Positions 1-14,060 of a DNA stretch of 64,000 nt are shown piece by piece; positions within the stretch are counted from its first letter, which is position 1, and each line of letters starts with the position of its first letter. This DNA is from Blasia pusilla (Eukaryota): contig CM114271.1 of assembly GCA_050084515.1 (NCBI GenBank), positions 46,376,001 to 46,440,000 of the forward strand. The letters are read 5' to 3'. Made by a program: the position numbers and the translations under genes. The notes below the pieces were generated by a model that worked only from the letters and a program-made list of their open reading frames with translations, had not been told where the DNA came from and searched no databases.

Positions 1-1145
1 TAGCCTTCCAAGATAGATTGAGTTCCGAAAGTAGGAGAAGCCTTCTTCTTGTTGAGATCTCTATGAGGTTCTTTGGTGTTGAGTGAAGATCTACCTGAGC
101 GTGAATTCAATTCTACTAGAGAGAATCAAGGAAAGACATTGTGGTACTAATGGAGTGAAGAATATGATGATAACTGATTGAATCCTAATTGTATATACAT
201 AACTACAACTATTGCAAGATAAACCCTAATTTAAACTCTCTTTTCAGATCATCGTGATCCTCTTGAGGATCGAACTCGTTAAATTACCATCAAAAGATCA
301 ATTCTTATAATTCTTGTACATTACATGTAGTCGTTATATCGGAGAGAGCGGCGGATGGACGAAGTAGGGGGGGGGGGACCTACTGCATTCGACTTTGACT
401 CAAATATTTCCCCTCAAATTGGGCTCCGCCCTCCTCAACTGGGTTAGCCATAAATTTGGCTGACATATCCCTCAACAACTGGGTCAACTTCTCCCTAAAA
501 TACATTTCCACCATATTTCTCCTTAAAATCACAAGTCCCCTTATCCTATCCACCAGAAGAAAAATATTTTTTTTCTACCACTGAAGAATTTACTGACGAT
601 TTTCCAATTTCACTCCCATCTTGGAACGATGGCTATGGCAGCCACACAAGAATGATCATAACTCCATGCTCCAATCTCCAAATTGCACATTGTTTCTTCT
701 ACGGTGTACACAACTTTTTGATCTACAAACTTATCAAATTGGTTTTTCCATTCAACCTTCCAATAAAAATTGAAGGGGATTGTTGTGCAGCCTAACGTCT
801 CTTCTCCTACACAAAAATTGGTAGCGCTTCCGCGCTGATTTCTCCCAACAAAATTTTAAAACCTATGCACATATAAACCATAAAGCTACACGATACTCCG
901 GAGAGCACTAGCATGGGGCAACCAGCCCTCATACTCAATCCCTATCAAAAATTGGGATGCGCTTTCGCGCGCCACTCTTCCACACGAAAAAATGGCAAAG
1001 GAAACATCAAAAGTGAGCGGCTCTTGGTCCGGTGAGCACTCCCATGAACTGTTGAATGGGAAATATAATCCCCAACCATAAAAACAAGCAAGTGACTAGC
1101 AAGCTCCCCCATTAAGCGCTCTCACTCACTCATTCTCTCTTTGTA

Positions 1146-1623
1146 AAATAAGATCCAATCTCTCTCAACACCATAACTCTCAAATGTGTGCACTATCTCT
1201 CATGTCAAACCAAACCCAGTCTCCTAATGAGAGGCTTGGATTACACTCACAAGGCAAGGGACCACAGCTCCTCCGCCTCGTGCCAAGAGCTTCAACAAAG
1301 AGAGAATGAGCTCTCTCTCTCTCTCTCTCTCAAGCTCTCTCCTCGATAACCTATGCTCGTAGGTCACCTCCTTGGCTCTTGACCTGCTATAGCGGTCAAG
1401 GGCCATTTCCCAAAGTGGAAATCCAACTATACTCTAATAAGAAACTTACCCAAAATAGTGAGCTTCTCTATATGGCTCCAAATGAGCCGAAACGAAGCGA
1501 AAACTTGCTCTCGCAAGTTACCCATGGCCTCAGCAGGTCATCCTCGATCTCTTGAGGCTATCCTCCACAATCCCCGAAGGCGCGCTACTAGATCTTGTCG
1601 ATCTATCCTAAATGATCGTGACA
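1146..1623. repeat. LTR-like sequence, same family as the solo LTR at 31589-32227
   Basis: Colinear by eye with 31716-32227, sharing blocks such as CATGTCAAACCAAACCCA, CTCCTAATGAGAGGCTTGG and ATATGGCTCCAAATGAGCCGAAACGAAG. Ends ...CGTGACA at 1623. Left boundary not resolved. Confidence 0.75.
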
Positions 1624-2399
1624 ATGGTTTACGTGGGAGGAGACACATTATTACGAGTTTGGGAGGATGATAGAGTATGTGTGGTGTCTCATCCTTTATA
1701 GAAAGTATAATTGATGCAACATAACCAAAAGGAGTTAACTACAACAATTGCCATCCCCGACGTAACAACCTCACATCCCATGAGGTCCATGGGGATTTCT
1801 TTCAATCATCTCTTATCTCTTCATTAATCCCCACCAATCTCTACCTTGGCCACTACATATGTCTTCTTGATGGGAACAAGGTTAACAAGTGCAATAACTA
1901 TGATGTTTGGCAATCCTATTCGACGCTACTCAATTCTAGTAGTAATGGTATAGTCAATACTCCTAAGGGGGAATCCCATCATGGGCTCTCTCTTATCGAT
2001 TTTGGGCTCCAAAAATTGCTATGTTTGATCATCCCAAGCCAAACCTGGAGGTGAAAAACTCACAAATATGGTAAAGGTTTCTTATGGCATGCCGACCTTA
2101 TTTACTACATTTCATCAACGAAGGTCCATCATCATGCCCCACTACCTATGGAATCCAAAAAAAATTTGGAAGTGCACTCTACTCTCGCATATATCCTTAT
2201 CAAAACCTTGTGTGGCATGATGTATGTCCATTATATGTATTGTTGATGTAATCAAGAACCTACGCTTAATTCATCCAAAAATAATTTTGGTCCGATCTAG
2301 GCACAAATATTATGTAAACTCCTCATCGCTTATCAATGGGAATCACTCAAATTTCATATATTCTCCAAAATACAAGTCAAATAAGGAGACAAGTGCTCC

Positions 2400-5300
2400 T
2401 ACAAATGCCACAAGATCCTTGTCATCCCCCAAAATAACCTAGACCAAGTGTGGCCCAAACCACCTTCTTGTCCAACACTTGACTAGCCTTGACATGGCCA
2501 ACCTACAATGGCCAAATAAATGGTCCTCATTTGATCTAAATCCTACACCCTCAAGAAGGAGATATCCTTCAATAAATAATTGAGGTAACCTTACACGGTC
2601 GATGTCGATAACAAGTCGGGAAAACGTAATTGCAACCATGTCACATATCAAAAGGAGATACAATTCGCAATCTACTCATGCTCCACATACAAATAAAGTT
2701 GTACACACATTTCTATTCATAAAACAACAACCAATTCTACGTTGATCCCTCCAAAGAGATCCAACATCCTCATACCCTCCTATAGAATGCACTACACAAT
2801 TAATGTGGTATTAAAGGATGAACATGTAGCATTCTATATTATCTCTTAAGGAGCTTTGCTTCGTATTGGTCTCGTGCAAAGGTCTTGATCCATGCCATCT
2901 ACATATGATCATTTGTTGACCGTCAAAGCTTCTATCTCGAGCCCCATAAAGGTAGGTCTCCTCCACAAAATGATATGACTATCTTGATATTCATCCCCAT
3001 GGGTGTGTCGGTCACGATATCGATTGTGTTCTCTACATGGACATAACCCTCAATCAAATCTTAAGGCTAAATGATGATGATATGAAATGCTGCTAAAGTC
3101 GCCACCTCTCTTGATCTTCCCTCAATCACTCCACCAATAGATGGCATTCCCATGAAGCTAAGTCATCCCTCGCCAAATTACCATACTAGCCTATAGGATG
3201 ATGTCTCCTCCCAATATTCTAAGGAAAATCCCATTGAATACAACACTAATTCTATAACCAAGGCTTCATACGACTCTACATTAGTTAGCATCGCCTTCAT
3301 CCTCATCATAAATTCATAAGTCAAGTATCTTGATCTAAACCTCACCGCAACCTCATGTTCGGTAATAAAATATGTTGTATGGCCCCACCTAGTGACATAT
3401 GTATCCTAAATGAACATTGCTCAACATTGTCCCAAATTAGGCCCAAGCATGTGAATGTCACCCTCCCCAACATTACAATTGCCCAACATGTGGCGCACGT
3501 ACTCCCTTGAATGAAAATATTGTGTATTGCATAAGATTGTGTTCATCAAGTCACGCTCTCCTTATTGATATACACTCAAACATACTCACTTTTGTCACAA
3601 TTTGATTCAACCAGCCTTATGTTTCCTAAGTCTTGGTCTCGAGCCACCCTTCAAGCTCAACAGATGTAGATGGGATTAAATACCGACCTAATCTTTTACT
3701 CCCTGGTACAAGCAAGTAATTTAGGACTTACGACAAACTTTCTTCATAGTTTAAGAACCTAAATAATCCTAGCGCATAAAGGTTCAAGGTTGGTGTCCAC
3801 AACTAGTTTACCTAGACTTGGCTTAGTGTCAAAATCCCTATGCCAACCTCTTAATCCATGCCATCTCGTGTCTCTAATTCATCCCGATGGTTATTAAGGT
3901 GGGATTAAAATTCCAAATGTCCTTGGAGATCCACCACTCCTTATAACCCTTCCAACTATCATTCTACAAATTTGGGGATGGTTTCTAGATCTTTATTCGT
4001 ACATTTCTCTAGATTTAGAAGGGATTGAAATCTACTTCTCACAAGCTTTATAACACCATCTTGTTCATCCCAAAGACATCTTAGTTCTAACCATTGTTAC
4101 CTTAGTCATATGGAACCCTGAAACACTCAATCAAGTTTCAAGCTAGTTTGTAGTCCCCTTTGGCGCCCTACTCTAATGGGTCTTGAGCACTTCTTAAGTC
4201 CCGCTTCACATTTGATATTGCTCTGCTAGGTGAAACTCCCCACGTTGTGAGATGCCCATCAAGGCTTGCTTCTCGTTTGTGTAATTCATGTATAATTTGT
4301 GAGACTTATATGTGCTTATATCTAAGTGTGATCCCACTAGAGTTTAAATGGGCATCCCTTCTAGGTGCTTGAACATTACGTTCCATGCCTATAACTTGTT
4401 GAAATCTCTAAAATTTCTCATCCTTTGCAAGTCACACCAACTCCTAAAGTACATAAGAAAGTCATGTGACAAAATGATTCCTACAACTTTTGAGAACTTA
4501 CATGACTCTCTACTTGGTTGTCCATCTTGTACATCCAAGCAATAGGGCTACTTAAGAGGTCTCCTCCTTTAAAGAATGATTCAGAAAAAACGTTTGAGGA
4601 TGTCCCTCATATGGAGATCCTTAACACCTCATGCCATATTTAAAATCCAAAACGAATGTCGTGATAAACCTTATGCATCCTCGCACCATCACTCCCAAAC
4701 CCATGAGTAATCTCTACATCATCCAAACTCAGACATGCAACATTGAACCTGTACACTCAATCCTCCCTTGAGATGTGCGCGACGTGGTGGTAAGCGGCGT
4801 GATGCAACAATAATCTATGTTGAACGATACTCATAATATCCATACAACCCAAGTAATATAATAGACACCTAATATCTACAAATCCCTCACAAGTGTACCT
4901 GTGAATAAAGGACCAAATGAGTGAATTCACACCAATGTTGATATGGCTCCACAAAAGTTGCAAAAATTTACCCAACTTATATGTGAAAATAGACTCCTCT
5001 TCTCAATATCTCATACTCCTCATGTTAATGGTACAAAATCTTATTCATTGCACTTTGCATATGAAAAATGGGATTTGTTACTCCTCGAGGTAATGTGCAA
5101 ATTCTTACAAACCCAATTGGACTACACATAGTTATAATATCCCTACTTTACGTAACCAATTGGAATTGATCATATCATGAGTGCAAATATCATATCAAAT
5201 GGATAGCATGGGCTAAAATATTATGAGAATTAATCTATCTTAGACCTCCCTCCCACATTTCAAATGCTTACCTTATTTTACAATTGCATATCTTGAATGA

Positions 5301-5434
5301 ATTGAAGAGGTCTTGATTTCTTAGGCGTAGTAAACGATCGACTTGATTAAGGCCCCATAGATGGCTCCAAGATGCCTACTTGTATCTTCTCCTTCAATGA
5401 ATCAATCAGCCTGAGGATTATAGCTCGTGGCATT
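2400..5434 (-). mobile_element. Degenerate Ty3/gypsy pol relic (RT to integrase C-terminus)
   Basis: Minus-strand translation from 5434 reads MPRAIILRLIDSLKEKIQVGILEPSMGP*SSRSFTTPKKSRPLQFIQDMQ, a gypsy RT N-terminus. RRWFGPHLV near 2440-2470 resembles the integrase GPY/F region. Many stops and frameshifts. Confidence 0.75.
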
Positions 5435-5625
5435 CCTAGAAAATTGCTATACATTCATAATTGATGGGATACAACTCTCACAAACACAAGCCACTTTGGA
5501 GACTACAATTCTGTAATAATAGAATGAGTGGAGGATGAACCCCTTCTCAATTGTACACAGTGTGCGCAAGCAACCCTAACCCTAATTATGGCCTTGAATT
5601 ATTCTTATTATGGTTAATTAATCTT
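5435..5625 (-). repeat. Distal part of the split 3' LTR of an older copia element
   Basis: Aligns to the reverse complement of the LTR at 10590-10901 (GAAAATTGCTA..., AGAATGAGTGGAG, CTTCTCAATT, CCCTAACCCTA). Continues after the inserted element at 10902-11025. Confidence 0.8.
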
Positions 5626-5936
5626 TATTGAAGATTGAGTTACAATCAAGCTCATGAGACACCTGAATTGCTACATTTGGCACTCACACGAAGTAGGGAA
5701 GCTTAATCTTGGTTAGTCAGTTAAGCACGATTATCTTAATTAGGGTTAGTTATTATAGTTAGGTTAACTCGAGACTATGGTTAAGGATAGGGTTAGGATT
5801 TCTTGTACATACCATATATAATTGAGAAGAGGACCAGCCTCCACTCATTATCTCATTGCAAATTTTGTTCTCCATGGTGGTGTGTGTGTGTGAGAACCGT
5901 TTTCCACCAATGATGCTTGTTTAGCAGTTTTCCACA
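5626..5936 (+). repeat. 5' LTR of the copia element
   Basis: TATTGAAGATTGAG...TTTTCCACA; direct repeat of 10590-10901 with roughly 20 differences counted by eye. Confidence 0.95.
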
Positions 5937-5948
5937 TGGTATTAGAGC
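5937..5948 (+). other. Primer-binding site (tRNA-iMet type)
   Basis: TGGTATTAGAGC directly after the 5' LTR; one mismatch to the canonical TGGTATCAGAGC. Confidence 0.9.
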
Positions 5949-6453
5949 GGGAGGAGAACATCACTTGAAATATTTAGTATTTGAAGAGAGAAGAGAGGCA
6001 AGAGAAGGCACAATTTTAGATTGGGAGAAGGAAATTTTACTCTAAGCTCAATGGATGCAGATTTCAAGTGGAGCTTTGATAGTGATAAAACTTTGGAGGC
6101 ATTTTGTAGGATTTTCCCAGTCGATTCAGCCGCCAAGGTCTGCTTCGGCTAGAATTATGCCAAAGGCTTATTATAGTTGTCTTATAGAGCTCATTGAGAG
6201 CTTTCCAACGCACCCAAAATCGCTTGATTATGACACTCTAAGCTCCTACAACAACAATTTCAGTGTAGGAAAATGTAATTAGTGAAGAAAAATTGTGCAG
6301 TTTGCTCTCTACATGCCAATTTCGACTGGTTATTTCATACAATTGATCAATTTTGGCAAATTCCATGTCGATTCCTGTGTAGGAGTGGTCTATGCTTCAA
6401 TTGGAGCAGAAGAAAGCCTGAAATTATATTTTTTGTGAGTGAAATCGTTTATC

Positions 6454-9400
6454 ATGGAGTATTCCTCACCAGCAATCACATACGAGAAGCTAGAGAAGCA
6501 GAATTACAATGTCTTGAAGTTTCGCATGAAAAAATTATGGGTAAAGAACTATGGGAGCTTGTCACAGGTGATGAGGCCAAGCCAGAAGATGACTCAACAG
6601 ACTTGAATATTCGCGCTTAGAACAAATACGCAAGGCAAGTAATCCACTACATTTCAATTACGATTAGTTTGCCAATGATAGGTCACATCCAAGATTTTGA
6701 TATTCCGAAGGAGACCTCAGATGCATTGGAAAAGCTATTCCGCACATCTACAAAGGCCATAAAGCTTCAATTGAAACAACAATGAACAAAGTGAGGAAAG
6801 GATCGTATAGCATCAATGATTATATTTTGAGTATCAGACATATTGTTGATCAGTTGAATAGCATTGGAGTGATAGTAGAAGATGATGATCTGATCTTATT
6901 CAGTCTTCAAGGCCTTCCAAAGGATTACAAGTCCTTTGAGATCTCTATCTCTGTGAGAGAGAAATATCCAACCTTTCAAGAGTTAGTTCCTTTGTTGATC
7001 AGTGAAGAGATGCGCCTAGTAGGTAGCGGTAGTTTGTCTAGTTTACAAGAGAGTGCGCTATTTGCAAGTTATGGATCAAACAGAGGCAGAGGTCGTGGAA
7101 GAAACTTCCGTGGTCGTGGTGGATATCAAGCATATGGAGGAAGAGGCACTCAATATAACGTCACTCAATCAACTACGAACCAGTACCAGACACAATCATA
7201 TGGTGGTGATGGTGGAAACCGTTGGGGTCGAGGTCAGCAGTAGAGGGTTCTTGGATCTTGCAATTAGTGTGGGATAAAGGGTCACTTTGCAAAGTTTTGC
7301 TTCAAGAAGAAGGCAGATATGAGAATATGGGCCTTATAGCAATAAAATTATGTGGAGCAACAACACCAAGAGTAGTACCAAGAATATCAACATTAACAAA
7401 CGGAGCATCTCTTGGTCATGACTCATCATATGGGAGCAATGATCAAGAAAGACTCGACACCAGATTGGTACATTGACTCCGATGCATCAAATCACATGAC
7501 CTCACAAGCGAAATGGTTCAGTAGTTTGGAGCCGGGGAAAGATCTTGCAATTGTGCTCATATGAGATGACACTCAACATCATATCATGCATACCGGTAAA
7601 GTTCCAATAGCATCATATGGTCTTTGTGCTCTTGGAAATGTTCTCTATGTTCCTACCATTGCAAGAAATCTGATCTATGTAGGACAAATAGTAGAACAGG
7701 GTTATCAAGTGAAGTTTAACGCATATGGTTATTTCATTGAAACAATGGATGACCAGACTATGATAGCCAAAGGAACTAGATCTGGCAGAATGTTCAAATT
7801 AGATGTTTCTATGCCAGAGATTCAAAGAACAATGTATGGTCAAACCCGCCAAGACGTCACAGGTCTAAATGTGTGGCATAAAAGAATTGGACATATGAAT
7901 CTTTAGAGATTACAAAATCTTTCATCATCTAATATAATAATAGGACTCCCTAAATTAGCAAGTCCTGCTACGTTAGAGGTATGTCCTGCTTGCCAATTTG
8001 GAAAATAAACTAGATTTCCTTTTCCAAAATAAGATAGAAGAGCATCCAAGATATTGGAGTTGATCCACAGTGATGTGTGGACAACATCACAACATAGTCT
8101 TAGTGGTTGCCATTACTTTTTTCCATTTATTGATGATTTCTCTAGGTATATATGGAAGCCAAGTTAGAGGTATTCTCAATGTTTCAAACACTTGAGTTAT
8201 AATAGAGAAGCAGATTGGACAACACATTATGAAATTGCATTGTGATGGAGGATGAGAGTATCTTTGAAAAGAGTTTGATGACTATTTACGTCAGAATGGC
8301 ATCCAACGTCAAGTGACTTGCCGCTACACTCCATAATAAAATTGAATGGCTGAGAGGAAAAATCGACATATTGCTGAAGCGGCACGAGCTATGCTGAATG
8401 AGAAGAACATGCCCAAGGTGTATTGGGTAGAGGCTGTAGCATGTGCAGTCTTCTTAATCAACCAAAATCCAACAGTAGGAGTTCATGATAAAACTCCATT
8501 TGAAGTCTTCACTGGAAGTAAACTTGATTTTTCCTTCTTGAAAGTATTTGGCTGTATCTGTTATCTTCATGTTCCTTCTGAGAGACGTCATAAATTAGAC
8601 CCCAAGTCTGAAAGATGTATCTTTATTGGCTATGCTGATGGATCTAAGGGATATAAGTGCTACATTCCATCCTTTAGGCAGTTTATTATTAGTCGGGATG
8701 TTGTCTTTGATGAGCTAGAGTCATGATATGCTCCATCTGAGCTTATTCCACCTCTAAACTTGTCTGTTGAGGGGGAGAATATGACTATAAACCAACAGAC
8801 ATTGTCTTCAACTTCCCCAAGTTCTAGTGCACGATTATGAGAGGTCCAAGATTCATCCATTAAATTTGTGAGTCCATGGACGCGAAGAGTACATATTCAA
8901 TATGTTAACACTAGTCAGAGCTCGAGTTAGGTGTCAAAGACATCTACCTCTGAACAACAACTTCATAGATCAAGTACAGTTACACATCCAGTTTATAGAT
9001 TCATAAATGAAGATTTTCTTGCGACACATCATGCATATATGACAACTACCCTTCAAGAGCAGGAGTCGAGTTGTTTTGAAGAAGCTGCGAGTAAAGTCGA
9101 ATGGATTGAAGCTATGGAGGAAGAGCTTGCTGCATTAAGACATCAACAAACATGGGAGCTGGTTGATATACCTTCCGGTAAGGAAATTATTGGTTGCAAA
9201 TGAGTTTACAAAATCAAGCGCAATCAAGATGGTATAGTTAATAAATACAAAGCGAGATTGGTGGCTAAGGGCTATGCACAACAATATGGTATCGATTATG
9301 AGGAAATATTTAGCCCAGTTACAAAGATGGCGACTATGAGAACAGTGGTTGCACTAAGTAAGAAGTGGAGATTACATCACATGGACGTCAATAATGCCTT

Positions 9401-10589
9401 CTTGAATGGAGATCTATGTGAGGAGGTATATATCACTCAACCACCTGGATACGAGCATCCCAAGTTTCCATTTCGCGTATGCAGGTTGAAGAAAGCTCTA
9501 TACGGGCTCAAACAAGCTCCAAGAGCTTGGTATGGCAAGATTACATACGTCCTACAAGAGTTGGATTTTAGGGTATGTGATTCTGACTCCTCGTTATATG
9601 TCTTGAGAGGACAAGATCATACAGTTCTCATTGTGTTGTATCTTGACAATCTCTTGATTACTGGGAGTACTGAAGAAATGGTACAACAAGTCAAGCTTAA
9701 GTTACAAGCAGAATCTGATATGAAAGACTTGAGAGAACTCAAGTACTTCCTTGGTATTGAGTTTATCAAGGTTGGAGAGAGCATGTGGTTACTACAACGA
9801 CAATATGCTCTTCATATGCTTTCAAAATATGGTATGACAGTTTGTAATCCAATCTCTACACCGTTGGATGAGAGCGTGAAGCTAAGAGTGGATGAAGGAG
9901 AGCTGCTTGCAGATTCTAATATGTACAGGCGCATGGTTGGAAGTTTGATATATCTAACTATAACTAGACCAGATTTGAGCTATGTTGTTGGCATAGTGAG
10001 CCAGTTTATGCAAGCACTTCGAAAACCTCACCTTGATGTTGTGAGGAGGATTATGCGGTATGTGAGATTATCTATTCAATTCGGGCTTCAATTTGAACCT
10101 TCTATGAGTTTTCAATTACAAGGATTCATAGATGTTGATTGGGCAGGAAGCGTGTTTGATCGACACTCCACATCTGGTTATTCATTTACTTTGGGAAGCG
10201 TTGGGCTTCAAAGAAGCAACCTACAGTTGCTTTATCTTCAACAGAGGCTGAATATAGAGGAGCAAAAAATGCAGCATGTGAGGCGGTGTGGCTTCATCGA
10301 TTACTTGTTGATATTGGTGTTAGTAACTTAGGACCTAGTGTAATTATGCAAACAATATTAGTAGCATCAAGCTTGCTAATAACCCTGTGTTCCATGCTCG
10401 TACAAAGCATGTTGAGGTGCACTATCATTTTATCAGAAAGAAAGTACTTTGAGGAGAAATTTATCTTGTGTATGTAGGTACAGATCAGCAAATTGTTGAC
10501 ATCTTTACAAAGGTATTGTCTAGAGGTAAGTTTGAGATGTTTAGAAAGCATTTAGGGGTTAGAGATATCGATATAAGCCTGAGGGGGAG
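6454..10589 (+). pseudogene. Disrupted copia gag-pol polyprotein
   Basis: Gag (ELWELVTG; ...LLISEE), CCHC knuckle ~7260-7300, protease WYIDSDASNHMT ~7465, WHKRIGH, integrase (AERKNRHIAEAARAML, KLDPKSERCIFIGY), RT (LKKALYGLKQAPRAW; catalytic YVDD reads YLDN) and RNase H (DVDWAG, TKHVEVHYH). Multiple stops and frameshifts. Confidence 0.95.
10581..10589 (+). other. Polypurine tract
   Basis: GAGGGGGAG immediately 5' of the 3' LTR. Confidence 0.9.
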
Positions 10590-10901
10590 TATTGAAGATT
10601 GAGTTACAGTCAAGCTCATGAGACACCTTAACTGCTACATTTGGCACTCACACGAAGTAGGGAAGCTTAATCTTGGTTAGTCAGTTGAGCGTGATTATCT
10701 TAACTAGGGTTAGTTAATCACCGTAAGGCTAACTCGAGACTATGGTTAAGGATAGGGTTAGGATTGCTTGTACATACCCTATATAATTGAGAAGAGGACC
10801 AGTCTCCACTCATTCTCTCATTGCAAATTTCGTTCTCCATGGTGGTGTGTGTGTGTGAGAACCGTTTTCCACCAATGATGCTTTTTTAGCAATTTTCCAC
10901 A
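10590..10901 (+). repeat. 3' LTR of the copia element
   Basis: TATTGAAGATTGAG...TTTTCCACA followed by the TSD ATCTT. Confidence 0.95.
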
Positions 10902-13900
10902 ATCTTATGTCATATAATTATGCTTATTAACTAACTAACCAAGGTTAAGCTTTCCTACTGTGTGTGAGTATCAAATATCGCAATTCACGTGTCTAATGTG
11001 CGTGACTATAACTCAGTCCTCAATATTCCTCCTCAAGCTCACATCGATATCTCTGATACCTCAATTATTTCTAAACATTTCAAACTTATCTCTGGAAAGT
11101 GCCTTTGTACAAATGCAAGCAATTTGTTGATATATACTTATATACACACGATCAATTTCTCTTGCAATAACTTTCTTTGTAATAAAGAGAGAGTACAGCT
11201 CTACATATTTTGTTTGAGCATGAAACTTAAGGTTATTAGCAAGTTTGATGTTACTAACATTGTGTGCATATATTATACTAAGTCAGAAGTTACTAACACC
11301 AATCTCAAGAGGTAATTGATGAAGCCACTCTGCCTCGTATGTTCTATTGGTTGATTCTCCATATACACAGAATCAATGTCTCTTGCAAGCACTTTCTTTA
11401 TAATAAAGTGGAAGTGCACCTCTACATATTTTGTTTGAGCAAGAAACTTAAGATTATTAGCAAACTTGATGTTACTAATACTGTATGCATATATTACACT
11501 AAGTCCTAAGTTACTAACACTAATCTCAACAAATAATTGATGAAGCCACACCGCCTCACATGTTCTATTGGTTGCTCCTCTATACACAATTTTTTTTGAA
11601 GATAAACCAATTGTAGATTGCTTGTTTGAAGCTCAATTTATAATTTTGCTTCCCAAGGTGAAAGAATAACCATATATAAAGTGTCTATCATACATGCTTG
11701 CTACCCAATCAACATTTGTGAATCCATGTAATTATAAACTGGAAGAATATTCAAATTGAAGCCCACACTAAACAGAGAATCTTATATACCCCACAATCCT
11801 CCTCACAACATTAAGGTGAGGTTTTTGGGGCGCTTGCATAAAATGGCTTATGAGGCCAAGTGGGTAGCTTAAGTCTGGCCTAGTTATAGTCAGACAGATC
11901 AAACTTCCAACCATGTGCTTGTAGATATTAGAATCTGCAAAAAACGACTCTTAGCTTCACACTTTTATCCAACGGTGTAAAGATTGGCTTACAAGTCGTC
12001 ATACCATATTTTGAAAGCATGTGAAAGCATATTTCCGATGTAATAACCGCATGCTCTCTCTAATCCTAATCAAATTAACACCAAGAAGGTACTTTAGTTC
12101 TCCTAAGTCTTTCATATCAAATTATTTTTGTAACTTTAGCTTGACTTATTGTACCATGTTCTTTGTAGTCTAAGTGATCAAGAGATCGTCGACCTACAAC
12201 ATAATGATAACCATATGGTATTTTCCCCTTGATACATATAATGAGGAATCATAATCACAAACCTCTAAAGCCAAACTCTTGTAGGTCATATTAAATCTTG
12301 TCATACCAAGCTCTTTGAGCTTACTTGAGCATGTCTAGAGTTTTCTTTAACGTGCATACCCATAATGGAAGTTTTGGATGCTCATATCTAGATGGTCAAG
12401 CCATGTATACCTCCTCATATATTTTTCCATTCAAGAAAACATTATTAAAGTCCACATGATGTAATATTCATTTCTTACTTATTATAATTACAACCACTAT
12501 TTTTTCGGTCATCATCTTTGTAGCAGGGCTAAATTTATCTTGATAATTGATGTCATATTGCCATCCATAGCCCTTGGAAACCAATATAGTTTTATATTTG
12601 TTCACTATAATATCTTGATTGCACTTAACATTGAAAATCCATCTATAACCTATAGCCTCCTTACTGGAAGGTACATCAACTAGCTCCTAAGTGTGTTGAT
12701 GTCTTAATTCAGCAAGTTCTTCCTCCATAGCTTTAATCCATTCAACCTTACATGTAACTTCTTCAAAACAACTCGGTTCTCATTCTTGAAGGGGAGTGAT
12801 CATATATGCACGATGTGTTGTAAGGAAACATTCATTTATGGATCTATGAATGTGAGGTGTGACTCTACTTGATTTATGAAGTTGTTGTTTAAAGATGGAT
12901 GCCTTTGACATATGAGTTGAGCTCTTACTAGTGTCAACACACTAAATATGTATTATTCTCGACTATGGATTGACAAATTGAATTGGAGACTGTAGGATCT
13001 TTCCTAACCTTGCACTAGTACTTGTATCAAGAATTTGTAGGTAATGTCTCTTGGTTTATAGTGATATTCTTCCCGTCAACAAACAAGTTTATAAGTGAAA
13101 TAGACTTAGATGGAACATATGATGACTTAAACTAAACTAAAATAATAATAATTAATAAGTTATGTAAAATATAGAATATATGATTTATATCCCTTAGTTT
13201 CATCAATATAGCCAATGAAGATACATCTCTCAGATTTGATATCAATTTCTAACGTATTTAAAAAAAAAACATGAGCAGAACAAATATACCTAAAGACTTA
13301 AAGGAATGAAAATTTGGATTGACTTCCTATAAAGACTTCGAATGGAGTCTTATCATGAATTCATATCATTGGAGTTAGTTAATTAAGAAGACCATGCACG
13401 CTATAACCTTTGCCCAATCCAAGTTAGATATGCTCTTCTCATTCAACATAGCATGTATCGCCTCAACAATATGTCGATTCTTTCACTCAAACATTCCATT
13501 TTATTGTGGAGTATAATAACAAGTGAGTTGTTATTGGATACCATTTTGACATAAGTAGTCATAAAAAAATATGTTGAAAGGTACTTTCCTCCTCCACAAC
13601 AATGCAATTATGAATGTGTTGCATAATCTACTTTTCTACCATAATTTTGAATCTTTGGAACATTAAAAAAACTTATGACTTGGCTTTGAGCAAGTATATC
13701 CATATATACATAGAGAAGTGATAAATAAATAAAAGAAAGTACTAGAAATCAGTAAATATGTGTTATAATCTTAACCACACATGATTGCGAATTAGCTCCA
13801 ATATATTGGATGCTCTTCTACCTTGCTTTGGAAATGGAAATCTAACTTGTTTTCCAAATTGGAAAGCATGATATACTTCTAATAGAGTAGAACTCGATAA

Positions 13901-14060
13901 TTTAGGAAATCCTATTACTAGATTAGATGATGAAAGACTCTTTAATCTTTGAAGATTTACATGCCCAATTCTCTTATATTACACTTTAAGATTACTAAAT
14001 TATTGGCCAGTTTGACCATACATTGATGTTTGAATCTTTGACATGGAAATATCTTATTTG
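10902..14060 (-). mobile_element. Older, 5'-truncated copia element of the same family
   Basis: Reverse complement is colinear with ~7790-10715 of the younger element: remainder of the LTR 10902-11025, PPT 11026-11034, RNase H, RT (L*VDDL at ~12185-12200) and integrase. Far more decayed than the younger copy. Confidence 0.9.
11140..11588. repeat. ~221-bp tandem duplication within the older copia RNase H region
   Basis: 11140-11360 repeats at 11361-11580; (A)TATACAC recurs at 11140, 11361 and 11581. Confidence 0.85.

Larger units (their letters stand above)
5626..10901 (+). mobile_element. Full-length, non-functional Ty1/copia LTR retrotransposon (~5.3 kb)
   Basis: Two ~311-bp LTRs, a perfect 5-bp TSD ATCTT (5621-5625 and 10902-10906), PBS, PPT, and domain order gag-protease-integrase-RT-RNase H. 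Confidence 0.97.

Noticed and set aside
1311-1331. (CT)n, poly-G (367-377), (TA)n (~40545-40561) and (GTGAT)4 (~51590-51609) microsatellites
   Set aside because: Ordinary short simple repeats with no further structure.
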